DNA of 63,701 nt, counting the filler, from Thraustochytrium aureum (taxonomy: Eukaryota): NCBI GenBank assembly GCA_012862495.1. It is 6 parts of 4 records of this genome, joined end to end, with 100 filler letters (N's around TTAATTAATTAA, not from the genome) between each part and the next. Parts side by side here need not be neighbours in the genome. Positions count along the whole stretch, not along the records: positions 35,950 to 44,117 come from BLSG01000376.1; positions 44,218 to 53,071 come from BLSG01000376.1; 4 more parts are not named here. One strand, written 5' to 3'. Shown here in pieces: positions 35,950 to 46,579 of this stretch; position 1 is the first letter of the stretch, and each line of letters opens with the position of its first letter. A model generated the notes under the pieces. The model was not told where the DNA came from. It saw only the letters and a program-made list of their open reading frames with translations, and ran no database searches. The position numbers and the translations under genes are program-made.

Positions 35950-37008
35950 CCATGATCACTACGCTCGCTTTGATCTGGTCTGGCGCCATGGCCAGGGAGC
36001 CACGCGGGATGGTCTGGATGACAAGACCTGCCTCAACGGCCTGCCGCAAGAACGAGGCTACGACTGGCGTAATGTACTGCTCCTCATCTTCCGCCGCGCC
36101 GTCTGACTGCTCCTCGTCGCTCCCGTCGAGGGCCTCATTCCTCGCGCCGCTGCTGAGGGTGTGCTTGGCGGCGACCCCCGAGGCGGGAGGGTTCCGATCT
36201 AGCACTTTCGTGGGTTGCGAGCTTCTCGCTGCGAGGCGAGCGGCGACGGCGCGCTGCGCTTGGACCTCGGGGCGAAAGGCCGCTTGCACCTCGAACCGAA
36301 AGTCTATCGCAAGATAGATCGTCGTGCGCTCGTCCCCGAGAAGTTTGAGCGACTGGAGAAGCAACGGGTTCGCCTCCTCGTGGTAAATGCAGCCGCTCAC
36401 AAGCACGACGTCGAACGGGGCCATCGCCGCGACGCGGCCCGCCAGCGGCTCCCCCACGAGTGCGCTTCGAAGTGGCACTCTCCGCCGGCGGCTTTGACGA
36501 CGTCGCGGTTACGCTCGACATTGGCTGAGACAAGGTCCCGCATTACGGGGCGATCAGTCACCACGACCCGCGCTGCGCACCCGGCCGCGACAGCGATGCC
36601 CAAGAACCCCGTCCCGCAGCCCATGTCTATCACGCGCTTGCCGCTCAGCTCTGCCTGCAGGGGCCCGGTATGCGCAGTAAGGTGGCGACAAAGCATGACA
36701 GCGTCGTCCCAGACCACGGCACCGGTCTGGTCGTTTTCTGGCGTGTGCTCGAACGCACCCTGCGCCACGCGCACGCCAAGCTCCTCAAACGAGAACTCGC
36801 TCGCGTCGTGGCAGGTCAGCGTCTCCGGGTCAAGCCAGTCTTCAAACACAAACCCAAGGCAATAGTCGTCGTCGTCGTCGTCCTCCTCCACGGCCGCAAC
36901 GTGCTGGGCGTCGCCACGCGCAGCCGAAGCCTCAACCTCAGTCGCGTTCATCCCTGCCACGCCAGCGTACGCCGCCAGCCTGAGCACCTCCTTGCTATCT
37001 CCTTCCAT
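35950..37008 (-). CDS. METTL21-like (family 16) protein-lysine methyltransferase, 3' truncated by the scaffold end; frameshift ~36452
   Basis: QTGAVVWDDAVMLCRHL, LSGKRVIDMGCGTGFLGI, VVVTDR, ANVERN, HSWG, FDVVLVSGCIY. Confidence 0.85.
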
Positions 37009-37976
37009 GAGCCTCCCACTCCGTTGCGGCTCTGCGCTCGCAGCAGCAGCACGCCGCCCAGGTGTTCGTTCGTCCGAGTCCATCCACACCCTGACGTGCC
37101 GCCTCCACGAGTCTGCCGGCAGAAACGCGCTCGTCAAGTGGACCCCCCTTGTGACGTGAGGATCACTTCGTGCCGTGCCAGTCGCGACCATCAGAGTCAT
37201 CGTGATAGTAGTAGATAGACGGTCGGCTCGGCCCTCGGGCCACATCGCGTCCCCGGCGGGCCGAGCCCTCCTCATGTCGCATCTTCCGCCGCCGCTGCCA
37301 CGGCTCGCCGCTCACCTCGAGCGCTACAATCCCCCGAGTCGTTGATGTCGCCCCGGAACGAGTCGCGCCCTCGGCAAACCCAAGGCCTTCGCAGGTGGTC
37401 CAACGGATAGGTCATCGTTGCAGACACATCCGATTGTGGCGATTCCGATGTGGTCGCGCTGACCGTCAGGCAGCCTGGCAGATCGGCAGGCGTTCAGGCA
37501 GCCAGGAAGGCCCCTGTGAAGCACAAGGTCTCTGCAGAGCAGAACGCCACGGAGAGCGGGTGGCAGGCGCGCAGGCCCTGGCAGGACGCGGCGTTGGGGC
37601 GCCTGCTCGCGACCAACCGGGCACCGACGCAAAGTTGGCGACACTGCCATCGGTTGGACTGTGCGGCGCGGCGCTCGTGCGGAGACACGGGGGTTTAGCG
37701 AGCTGCGTAGCTAGCGCGAGCTGGCGCCGGGCGCCGGGCGCGCCAGGGGTCGGCTGGCCGCTCGGCTGGGCTGCGAGGGGCGCTGGCTGCTCAGTAGCAG
37801 GGAAACGCAGGACAAGCTGCTGCCCAAGCGCGCGCCGGCTGTGCGCGCGCTTGGGCCCAAGCGCCGTGGACGGCTTTGAAGAAAGGCGACGCGTGCGCTC
37901 TAAGTGAACCGGCAAGCCGCAGGTGGCGAGCCTTCCCTTCGCGGGCAGCGCTAGCGTTTTAGCTTGAAGTAGGACC

Positions 37977-40900
37977 ATGTCGCTCCACAGCGCCATCGGC
38001 AGCCGGCAGTGGCGCAAGGCCTCCAGCAGCAGCAGCAGCAGCTCGGTTCACCCAGCGCCGAGGAAAGTTTCAACGGAAAGGCAAACGTCAGTCGTCATCA
38101 AGGTCCCAGAGATAGACGCACTTCCAGGCGACGAAGAGGACGAGCGCGTGCAAAAGGCCATGACCCGGCGCGAACGAGAAGAGCTCAGGGCCTCGCGGCT
38201 CGCACAGATGGAGCTAGAGAAGAGATTTGAGCGCGAGCTGGAAATCCGACGCGAGAAGAAGCACGTTTCGCAAGAGACGCGCGCCGAGGTCGAGGCAGAG
38301 ATTGCCAGCGTGAGGAAGCGCCTGAGCCAGATCTACAACAACAACGGGTATGTGCTCAACCCAGACACGACTCTGATGCAGTACTGGGGCCTGCTGATGT
38401 TGAGCTGCATCCTGATCTGCACGGTGTGGACGCCCTATGAAGTGGCGTTCCTGAACGCGGATCTTGACGTTCGCTTCGCCATAAACAGGGTGATCGACCT
38501 GGTATTTTTCCTGGACTTTGTGTCAAGGTTTTTTCGCGCATTCCCTCACCCAATCACTGGCCAGTTGGTGAGGGACCACAAGAGTATGGCTCTGCGGTAC
38601 GCCCGGCGCCGGATGCTGCTTGACTTATTGCTCTCGGTGGGGGCCTGCGTTTGCGATTCGCTTGCCCTGCTGCGCCGCGACGAGGGCCCAGTGAGCAATG
38701 CCTACGCGGGCGACCCGCTGGAGGCGGTGCGCCTTCTTCGGCTAACGCACATTACAAAGGTCTCGTCGCTTGCGAAGTGCGCGTCGATCCACTTTGGCCT
38801 CATGGACGGGTCCAAGTGGACCTACAACCAGCTGGCGCTGGGCAAGTTTATCATGGTCATTGCGGTGGTTGTCCACCTAATGAGCTGCTCGTGGAGGCTG
38901 GTTATCGCCTTCGAGAGGGACCACGAAGACTTTGCCGATACGTGGATCATGCGCGAGGGGCTCCTCTACGAGCCACCGTTGGAACTCTATGTCACTTGCG
39001 TGTACTGGGCAACCACCACGATAACCACGATCGGGTACGGAGACCTGGCGAACCCGGGCACCTCACTGGAGCGCGCCGTGAGCGTGCTAGTCATGATCTG
39101 CGGTGCCCTTGTCTGGGCCTACATCATCGGTGGCGTCACAGCTGTGGTCTCGTCCTTCAACCAGGAGGAGCTCGAATTCTCAGAGCAGATGGATCAGCTC
39201 AACAGGTACATGGCGCAAAAGCACATGTCCAAACCGCTGCGGGAGCGACTCCGCAGCTTTTTCGTTCATCGCCGCAGCCTGGAGCGCGACAACGGCTACT
39301 CGTGCCTTCTGGAGAAGATGTCGCCGACCCTGCGCGGCGAAGTGGCCAGAACGGTCTCGCACGAGTGGCTGCGGCGCGTCCCGTGGCTCAACAACGGGTC
39401 TCTCGGATTCATCGCGAGCGTGGCCATTGCGCTGCAACACGAGCTCTTCGCTCCGCAAGAAGTCATCGCAGGCACTCAGCTGCGCGTGTTGACGCGCGGC
39501 GTGGTCGCCAAGAACAGCAGGATTTACACGGCCGGCAGCGTATGGGGCATTGACATAATCCTGACCTCGCCAACGCTGAAAAACCTGCAGCCCGCTCGCG
39601 CGCTCACATTCTCGCACCTCCTCTCGTTGGACTCAAAGTCGCTTGAGGAGCTGCTGATGCTCTATCCTCGTGAGAGGAGCCGGATCCGGGCAAGCGCAAT
39701 CTGGCTCGGGCTGCGCCGCAGCTTTGTCAACTACGCGCAGCAGATGAAAACTGGGCGGCAGATCATTCACCGCATAGCGGAGGAGGCCCAGGCGCTGGCC
39801 GTTGACGTCAAAATGTTTTTCAAGGCCTTTGATGTGCGTGGGCGGGAGACCCTGAGCGAGACCGAGTTTGATCACGCAATACGCACGCTCGGGTACACGG
39901 GGCCCGCCGTTCTGCTAGACGTCATTATGTCGCGATTCNNNNNNNNNNNNNNNNNNNNNNNNNNNNNNNNNNNNNNNNNNNNNNNNNNNNNNNNNNNNNN
40001 NNNNNNNNNNNNNNNNNNNNNNNNNNNNNNNNNNNNNNNNNNNNNNNNNNNNNNNNNNNNNNNNNNNNNNNNNNNNNNNNNNNNNNNNNNNNNNNNNNNN
40101 NNNNNNNNNNNNNNNNNNNNNNNNNNNNNNNNNNNNNNNNNNNNNNNNNNNNNNNNNNNNNNNNNNNNNCAGCGTCAACTATCCAGAGTTTATCAACTAT
40201 TTCTTGCACGAGTACGCCTTTGACAGCGCGATTGAGGCCCAGGACAAGCATGCGTACATCGAACACCTCGATTTTCGGCGCCTTACCGCTGTGAAGAGCT
40301 TGCAGGACTCACTCAAGGAAGAAGACTTTGTGCGCCAGGTGCGCAAGCTGCATGCAAAAGGGAGCCGGCCAGGGTTGTGGGGGCCGAGCGAGGGAAGCGA
40401 CAATTTTGAGGCTCGTTTTGCGGCCGACAGCAACGCGGTACCGTCAGCGCTTTCCACGGACGGCCCAAGCGCGGGTGGCCAAGGCAGTCCGCCTGGAGGT
40501 GCCGCCATTCCTGGGCTCATCGACTCGGGGCCCAATGGCGCGGAAACAGGGGCGGATCATGACGTCGGGGAGGTGGAACGTCTTGCGTCGAAAAACGATC
40601 ACGACGCACTTCCAGGCGTCGGCCATTCGATGAGCGGCAGCCCCGCAAAGTCAACGTATCGCGGAAACCCAAAGCGTGCAAAGGCGTCCACGGGAAAGAA
40701 CGCGGCAGATTCGCAACGCGAGACCTCGGTTCTCGTGCGCCTTGTCAACGCTCACACCAGAATCCAACGTGCAACTCCTTCGAATGAGCCGTCAATGGTA
40801 ACAGAGATGCTCGCGGGTGTTTCGACCGACAAGGTTCTGAGCGATCTCCCCATCTCGGAGCAAATCTTGAACAATCGACTTGACGCGTTCAGGAAGCAGC

Positions 40901-41031
40901 TGCTGCTGGATATGCAGCGCCTACTCGCGCAATCGCTGAAGGGGTCCCTCGCTGAGAGCGTGAAATGCAACGACGGGTCCGACAGTGAAGACGGAAGCTG
41001 CGTGCATGGCGAGCTTGACGCTGGGCTCTGA
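37977..41031 (+). CDS. Cyclic-nucleotide-binding-domain K+ channel (EAG/HCN-like) with EF hands; gap 39939-40169
   Basis: 6TM; pore YWATTTITTIGYGDL; C-linker MDQLNRYM...LRERLRSFF...MSPTLRGEV; CNBD-like ELFAPQEVI; EF-hand-like FKAFDVRGRETLSETEF and VNYPEFINYFL. Confidence 0.88.
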
Positions 41032-41723
41032 GTCAGTCCGTTTTGGTGTGGGGCACTGAACTGTCGTTGGCCGAGCGATGCGCGCGGAAGCGGACCAAGA
41101 ACTGTCAAGCAGGAGCTCGGTAACGCGGTCGACTCTGGAGATTCACAGCCACGCGTCGTCGCCATATGAATTAAAAATGTGCGGCACGTGGTGCCAGCGA
41201 CAATCCATCCCCCATTCCGCTCGCACCGAGCTCGCGAGCTCGTCCTCGACGGTCGCAACACATTAGAAAAAAAAAAGAAACGAAATCTCTCTTTTGATTG
41301 ATTGAATTCATACATACATAAGTCCGGACGCGCATGAACGGCACACTCGCTACAGCGTGTGGCCTCGCGCGCCGGGGCGGGCAGCGCCGGCGAAAAGGAG
41401 AAAAAGGTTCTCGGTTCACCAGCACAAGACGCCAATCTACAGTTGAGCGCGTAAAAATAATAGGATAGTATATGCGCCACATGACCCACCCGCACTCGGC
41501 AATACTGCACGAGCGGGGCCTTGGCTAGCCAGAGCTGACGATGTCGAGCGCTGCTCTCTGCGCATTTTGTGCTGCCGCCAGAGAGAGAGAGAGAGAAAGA
41601 GGCAGCCGCACTTGATAGCATCCATCCATTGATCAGGGTGTCATATTCGGCTGATGAATCCAGCCAGGCCACACCAGGCCGTGGGGCCCGAAGGGCGGTT
41701 CGAACCCGGAGCCGCACGATGCA

Positions 41724-42907
41724 TCAGGGCTGGTCCGAGCCGGAGCCGCTGAGGCGGCGCACGGTGCGTTTTAGGCTGGAGTTCCAGCGGTTCTTGATCG
41801 AGTTGTCGGTGCGGCCAGGCAGGAGCTTTGCCATCTCGGCCCACCGGTTTCCGAGGCGCGCGTGCGCGTCGATGATCATCGCGTCTTCTTCCGAGTCCAC
41901 GGCCCCTTGCGGATGCCTGGGGAGAGGTGGTGGCACCAGCGTTGCGGCACTGCTTGGCGATGCGGCCCGGGAGGTGCGCGGCGATGAGTTTCCACTTCTT
42001 GGGCCCGTGCTCGTTGACGAGATCGATCAGCAGCTTGTCCTCCTCACCGGTCCAGAGGCCCTTGATCGAGCTCGACAGTTTCTCGCTGGAGGCGTCGTCG
42101 CGCGCCGCAGCCTTGCTCTTGGGCGACTTGGTGGTAGGGGCGCTAGCGGCTGCGGCCGCGGCCGCCGCGGCCTTGGCAGACTTCTTGCGCGCCTTTGATT
42201 GCCCCGAGACCTTGCTGACGGCCTCGCAGAGGGCGGCGGTCGGCGACTGGGTGTGAAACAGCGCGCGGAGGNNNNNNNNNNNNNNNNNNNNNNNNNNNNN
42301 NNNNNNNNNNNNNNNNNNNNNNNNNNNNNNNNNNNNNNNNNNNNNNNNNNNNNNNNNNNNNNNNNNNNNNNNNNNNNNNNNNNNNNNNNNNNNNNNNNNN
42401 NNNNNNNNNNNNNNNNNNNNNNNNNNNNNNNNNNNNNNNNNNNNNNNNNNNNNNNNNNNNNNNNNNNNNNNNNNNNNNNNNNNNNNNNNNNNNNNNNNNN
42501 NNNNNNNNNNNNNNNNNNNNNNNNNNNNNNNNGTCTCCCGGCGCGCTCATGCCAAGCGGCGAGGGGCGGCTCTTGCGGCGCGTGATTTTGTGTTCCGACT
42601 TGACGCGCTTGAGGTCGCGCTCGTCATTGCTGCCGTTGCTGCTGTTGCTGCTACTGCTGTCGCTCTCGTCGAACGAGCGCGCAGAGATCGTAGCCGAGTC
42701 CGAGTCGGAAAAGGACAGCAGGTGGTGTTTGGAGAGCGAGGGCGACAGTGTGTTGAAGAACTTTGGCGACATGAGCGCGACTGGCGTCACCGGGCGGTTG
42801 GGGTACTTGTAGTCTTCCGCGTCTTTCAGGCAGGCCGCCAGGATTTGCAGCGAGTGGAACCTGTCCGTGGCTGAAACCTCGACAGCGTCAGGGGCCTTGC
42901 GCTTCAT
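41724..42907 (-). CDS. R2R3 Myb transcription factor; gap 42272-42531; two apparent single-base deletions (~41943, ~41894)
   Basis: [41 protein letters not shown][E][58 protein letters not shown]. Confidence 0.88.
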
Positions 42908-43230
42908 CGTTTCGTTGCTCGCGGTTTGGCGGCCTGCGACGCACCAGTCCGTCCGCGTCTCTACCGGCCGACTCTCCTGTTTGTCCGGTCACGCGCCGCG
43001 CGAGGGCAGCCGGCAGTCCTGCACGTTCCAGGCGGCCGCGGCCGGCAGGCGCCTCCAGGCGGCGCTCCTCCCTCGCCTCTCGACCCCTTTCTCCCCCCCC
43101 TGCCTTCCTTGCGCGCTCCACAAGGCTTTCCGTGCGCGCCTTGTGGCTGGCCAGGGTGCCTCGTCGGCTTTTGCAAAGGCTCGCCTCGGGCCAGGCGGCG
43201 TGCGTCCCCTCGGCGCCCGCGCGCAGCCTG

Positions 43231-43253
43231 ACCGACCGACCGACCGACCGACC
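43231..43253. repeat. (ACCG)n microsatellite
   Basis: Seen directly. Confidence 0.8.
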
Positions 43254-43623
43254 GTCCAGCAATCAATCAACCGATCGATGGGTTGCCTGCGCGCCGTCGC
43301 TCGGCCTCGTCCTCTTCGGCTTCTGCTCCTCTGGCGTCGCTCTGGTCGGTCTGCTGCTGCTTTCGCGACGGTAGTGGGGGTTTGTTTGGAGGCGCGCTCT
43401 GTGGCCGCGGTTGCTGCGTCTCCCACGCCCTCCTCACATTCGCGCGGCCCTGGTCGCGCCTCTCGCAGCTCACTCCTCACAGGCCCGTTGTGAGGGGCGC
43501 GCCGCGCTCATGTGAGGCGGCGCTGGCGCCCTCCCAGGCAGCACTGAGGGCCCCGCACTCTGTCCTCCGCCCTCTCAGCCGTCCTCTCCGTGGACTCTAT
43601 GGTACGTATCGCGTCCCTCTGGC

Positions 43624-43841
43624 GCGAATGAGAGGGGCAGGCTGTGTCCCCCCTAAAGAGAATGAGAGGGGCAGGCTGCTTCCCTCCTAGAGAGAATGAG
43701 AGGGGCAGGCTGCGTCCCTCCTAGAGCGAATGAGAGGGGCAGTGTTGAGTCCCTCCTAGAGCGAATGAGAGGGGCAGGCTGTGTCCCTCCTGGGGCGGAT
43801 GAGAGGAGAAGGCTGTGTCACTCCTGGAGCGGATGAGAGGG
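43624..43841. repeat. 34-bp minisatellite, ~6.4 copies (GCGAATGAGAGGGGCAGGCTGTGTCCCTCCTAGA)
   Basis: The GAATG/GGATG anchor recurs at 43626, 43660, 43694, 43728, 43763, 43797 and 43831. Confidence 0.92.
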
Positions 43842-44035
43842 AACCCTCTGGCGCTCTCTGCGTTTGGAGAGGAGCGAGCAGGTGCATTCATTCGCTGGTG
43901 GATGGCGAGCTCGTAGATGCACGCGCAAGCGAGTGAGTTTTGCCGACTGCGGGGAGGAGCGGCGGCTGTCTCGTCTGTCTCTGGCGCAGAGGGCGGCGAG
44001 CGGCGCTGCTCTCTGCTTGAGCCAAGCAAGCGAGC

Positions 44036-44066
<31 letters not shown>
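44036..44066. repeat. (CTGT)n microsatellite
   Basis: Seen directly. Confidence 0.85.
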
Positions 44067-44117
44067 GACTGTGTGTCACCCACCGTGGAAGTGGATGTCC
44101 GGCGTGAGAGGGCGAGC

Positions 44118-44217
44118 NNNNNNNNNNNNNNNNNNNNNNNNNNNNNNNNNNNNNNNNNNNNTTAATTAATTAANNNNNNNNNNNNNNNNNNNNNNNNNNN
44201 NNNNNNNNNNNNNNNNN
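44118..44217. other. Artificial scaffold-joining linker
   Basis: TTAATTAATTAA at 44162-44173 within N runs. Confidence 0.95.
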
Positions 44218-44301
44218 CGGGAGCAGCAGCGGCGGCGGCAGCAAGGGCAGCAGGCCGCACGATAAAACCCCGCGCGGGCGGCCCCAGCGGCGGCTCGCAG
44301 G

Positions 44302-45834
44302 ATGGTCAAGAAAAAGAGGCTGAGCAAGCGCCAGACGCTCAAAGACAAGTACAAGATTGAGAAAAAGGTCAAAGAACACCACCGCAAGCAGCGGCGCGAA
44401 CAGCGCAAGCGCGCCAGGGATGGCGTCCCCGTCCAGAAGAAGAAGGAGCTCGGCCTCCCAAATCTGATGCCCTACAAGGAGAAGTTCCTCAAGCAGATGC
44501 TCGAGGACCGCGAGCGTGAAAAGGAGTTTGACCGCGAGCGCATCCAGCGGCTGCACAAGCACCGCCAGTCGCAGGAAGACGACGCCGAAATGGAGTACGA
44601 CGACAAGAGCGCGCTCAGCGAAGAGTCGCCCAACAAGAAGCGCAAGCGCGCAGGCCCTTCGGCCGAAGACCTGGACCGCGCCATTGAGCGCGCCGCCGAG
44701 CACGAAGAGCGCGCCGCCGAGCGCGCAGCCTCAGACGAGGCCGCCGCCGACATCGACCCGAGCGTTAAGGGCAAGAAGCGCATGTACATGAAAGACCTCC
44801 GCAACGTGGTGGACAGCTCGGACGTCATCCTCCTCGTGGTGGACGCGCGCGACCCCATGGGCTGCCGCGCCCCGCAGGCGGAGCAGATGGTCCTCGAAAA
44901 CGCGCGCAACAAGCGCCTCGTCATCATCCTCAACAAAATCGACCTGGTTCCCAAGCGCGTCGCCGAGCAATGGCTCACCGAACTCCGGAAAGAGTTCCCC
45001 ACGGTCGCGTTCCGCGCTTCCACACAGCAGCAGCGCTCCAACCTTGGCCGCGCCGCGAAGGACTCGATCGGCCTTGGCACCTCGACTGCCGCCGAGGGCG
45101 CCACCGTGGGCGACAGCATCTGCGTCGGCGCGGACACCCTCCTCCAGCTCTTGAAAAACTACTCGCGGAACCGCGATATTAAGACCTCCATCACCGTGGG
45201 CGTCGTTGGGTACCCCAACGTGGGCAAGAGCAGCGTGATCAACTCGCTCAAGCGCTCTCGCGCCGTTGGCGTGTCTCCCACGGCCGGGTTCACAAAGTCG
45301 CTGCAGATCGTGCAGCTCGACAAAAAGGTCAAGCTCATCGACTCGCCGGGCGTGCTGTTCCAGGACAGCACAAAGAGCGACCGCCTCGTGCTGCGCAACT
45401 GCCTCAATCCGGCCGACCTCCAGGACGCAGTCGGCCCGGTCTCGCGCCTTGTCGAAAAGTGCGACAAGCACCAGCTCATGACGCTGTACACCATGCCTCG
45501 CTTCCAGACTGCCACCGAGTTTCTCGTCGCGCTCGCGAAGAAGCGCGGCAAGCTCTCCAAGGGCGGCGTGCCGGACCAGAACGCCGCGGCGCGCCTCGTG
45601 CTGCAGGACTGGAACGCCGGCCGCATTCCCTACTATGTGCTCCCGCCCAAGAACGAGGTGGAGACCGGCGGCTCCAAGCGCGCCGCGGTCACGGCCGAGG
45701 TTGTCACCGAGTGGGCCAAGGAGTTTGACTTTGACGCGCTCATGGCCAAGGAGCAGAGCGAGCTCGTCGAGCGCCTCCCAGACCTCGACGACTCGGAGTA
45801 CGCTGTCGTCTTTGAGAGCGCCGTGTCGCTCTAG
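44302..45834 (+). CDS. GNL3: Nucleolar circularly permuted GTPase GNL3/GNL3L/Nug1 (nucleostemin-like)
   Basis: GN3L_Grn1 N-terminus (SKRQTLKDKYKIEKKVKEHHRK...LPNLMPYKE), DARDP, NKIDL, GYPNVGKSS, GFTK, DSPG, DWNAGRIPYY. Confidence 0.93.
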   Translation: MVKKKRLSKRQTLKDKYKIEKKVKEHHRKQRREQRKRARDGVPVQKKKELGLPNLMPYKEKFLKQMLEDREREKEFDRERIQRLHKHRQSQEDDAEMEYDDKSALSEESPNKKRKRAGPSAEDLDRAIERAAEHEERAAERAASDEAAADIDPSVKGKKRMYMKDLRNVVDSSDVILLVVDARDPMGCRAPQAEQMVLENARNKRLVIILNKIDLVPKRVAEQWLTELRKEFPTVAFRASTQQQRSNLGRAAKDSIGLGTSTAAEGATVGDSICVGADTLLQLLKNYSRNRDIKTSITVGVVGYPNVGKSSVINSLKRSRAVGVSPTAGFTKSLQIVQLDKKVKLIDSPGVLFQDSTKSDRLVLRNCLNPADLQDAVGPVSRLVEKCDKHQLMTLYTMPRFQTATEFLVALAKKRGKLSKGGVPDQNAAARLVLQDWNAGRIPYYVLPPKNEVETGGSKRAAVTAEVVTEWAKEFDFDALMAKEQSELVERLPDLDDSEYAVVFESAVSL

Positions 45835-46579
45835 AGACCGCCGCGTGGCTTCCCCTGCTCCGCGGCGTCCACGAGCACCGAACGGTAGACGGCGGCGACC
45901 AACCAACCTCACAACTCCTTCCTTGTTTGCCGTCCTTTGCTCCCTCCTCCTGTGCTAGCTACTAGCTAGCCCTGGGCCTGACCCCGGTGGGTGCGCATGG
46001 GCCGGCCGACGCTCACGCAGGCAGGCAGTGTCAGGGTCAGCTGATGTTGAGCGAGCACTTGGGTAGAGCACCAGCAAGCCCTGTAGAGTACTCGGTACTT
46101 CACTTCCTCCCTCCCTGTACCTCGCTGGTAGAGAGGCTCGTCGAAGCGTATGAAGTAGGCCTACTCCTACTCGAGTACTACTACTCTTCGACCGATACAG
46201 ACAACCAAGACAGACCAGACCCTCCAGGCCACGCGGCGAGCGGACCAGCGGGGCGGGCAGACAGGGAGACCGGGACAGGGCAGGCCCCAGGAGGCGCTGG
46301 ACGAGGCTGGCGAAGGCCCTGCGGCCGCACTGAAGGCGCTGCGTGTGCTTGGAGCCGCGCCCCGCCCGCAGCAAGGCAGGCAGTTGTGGAACGGTTCACC
46401 GGGGAAGGGACGAGGCGCCCGACGTGCCGGCTACCGAAGGAACCACAGCTCGGCGCGGGCGGGACACGAATTGCTGTGGACGCACGAGCCTGGCGCAGCA
46501 GCGAGCGGCGCACGCGGGCGCTGGCGAGCGCGCTGTTGGTGTTTGGACTAGGCAAAGGGGGTAGGTCAAGCACCCCTCG

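Noticed and set aside
43624..43841. CRISPR array
   Set aside because: Head-to-tail units without unique spacers, no cas genes, and a eukaryotic context.
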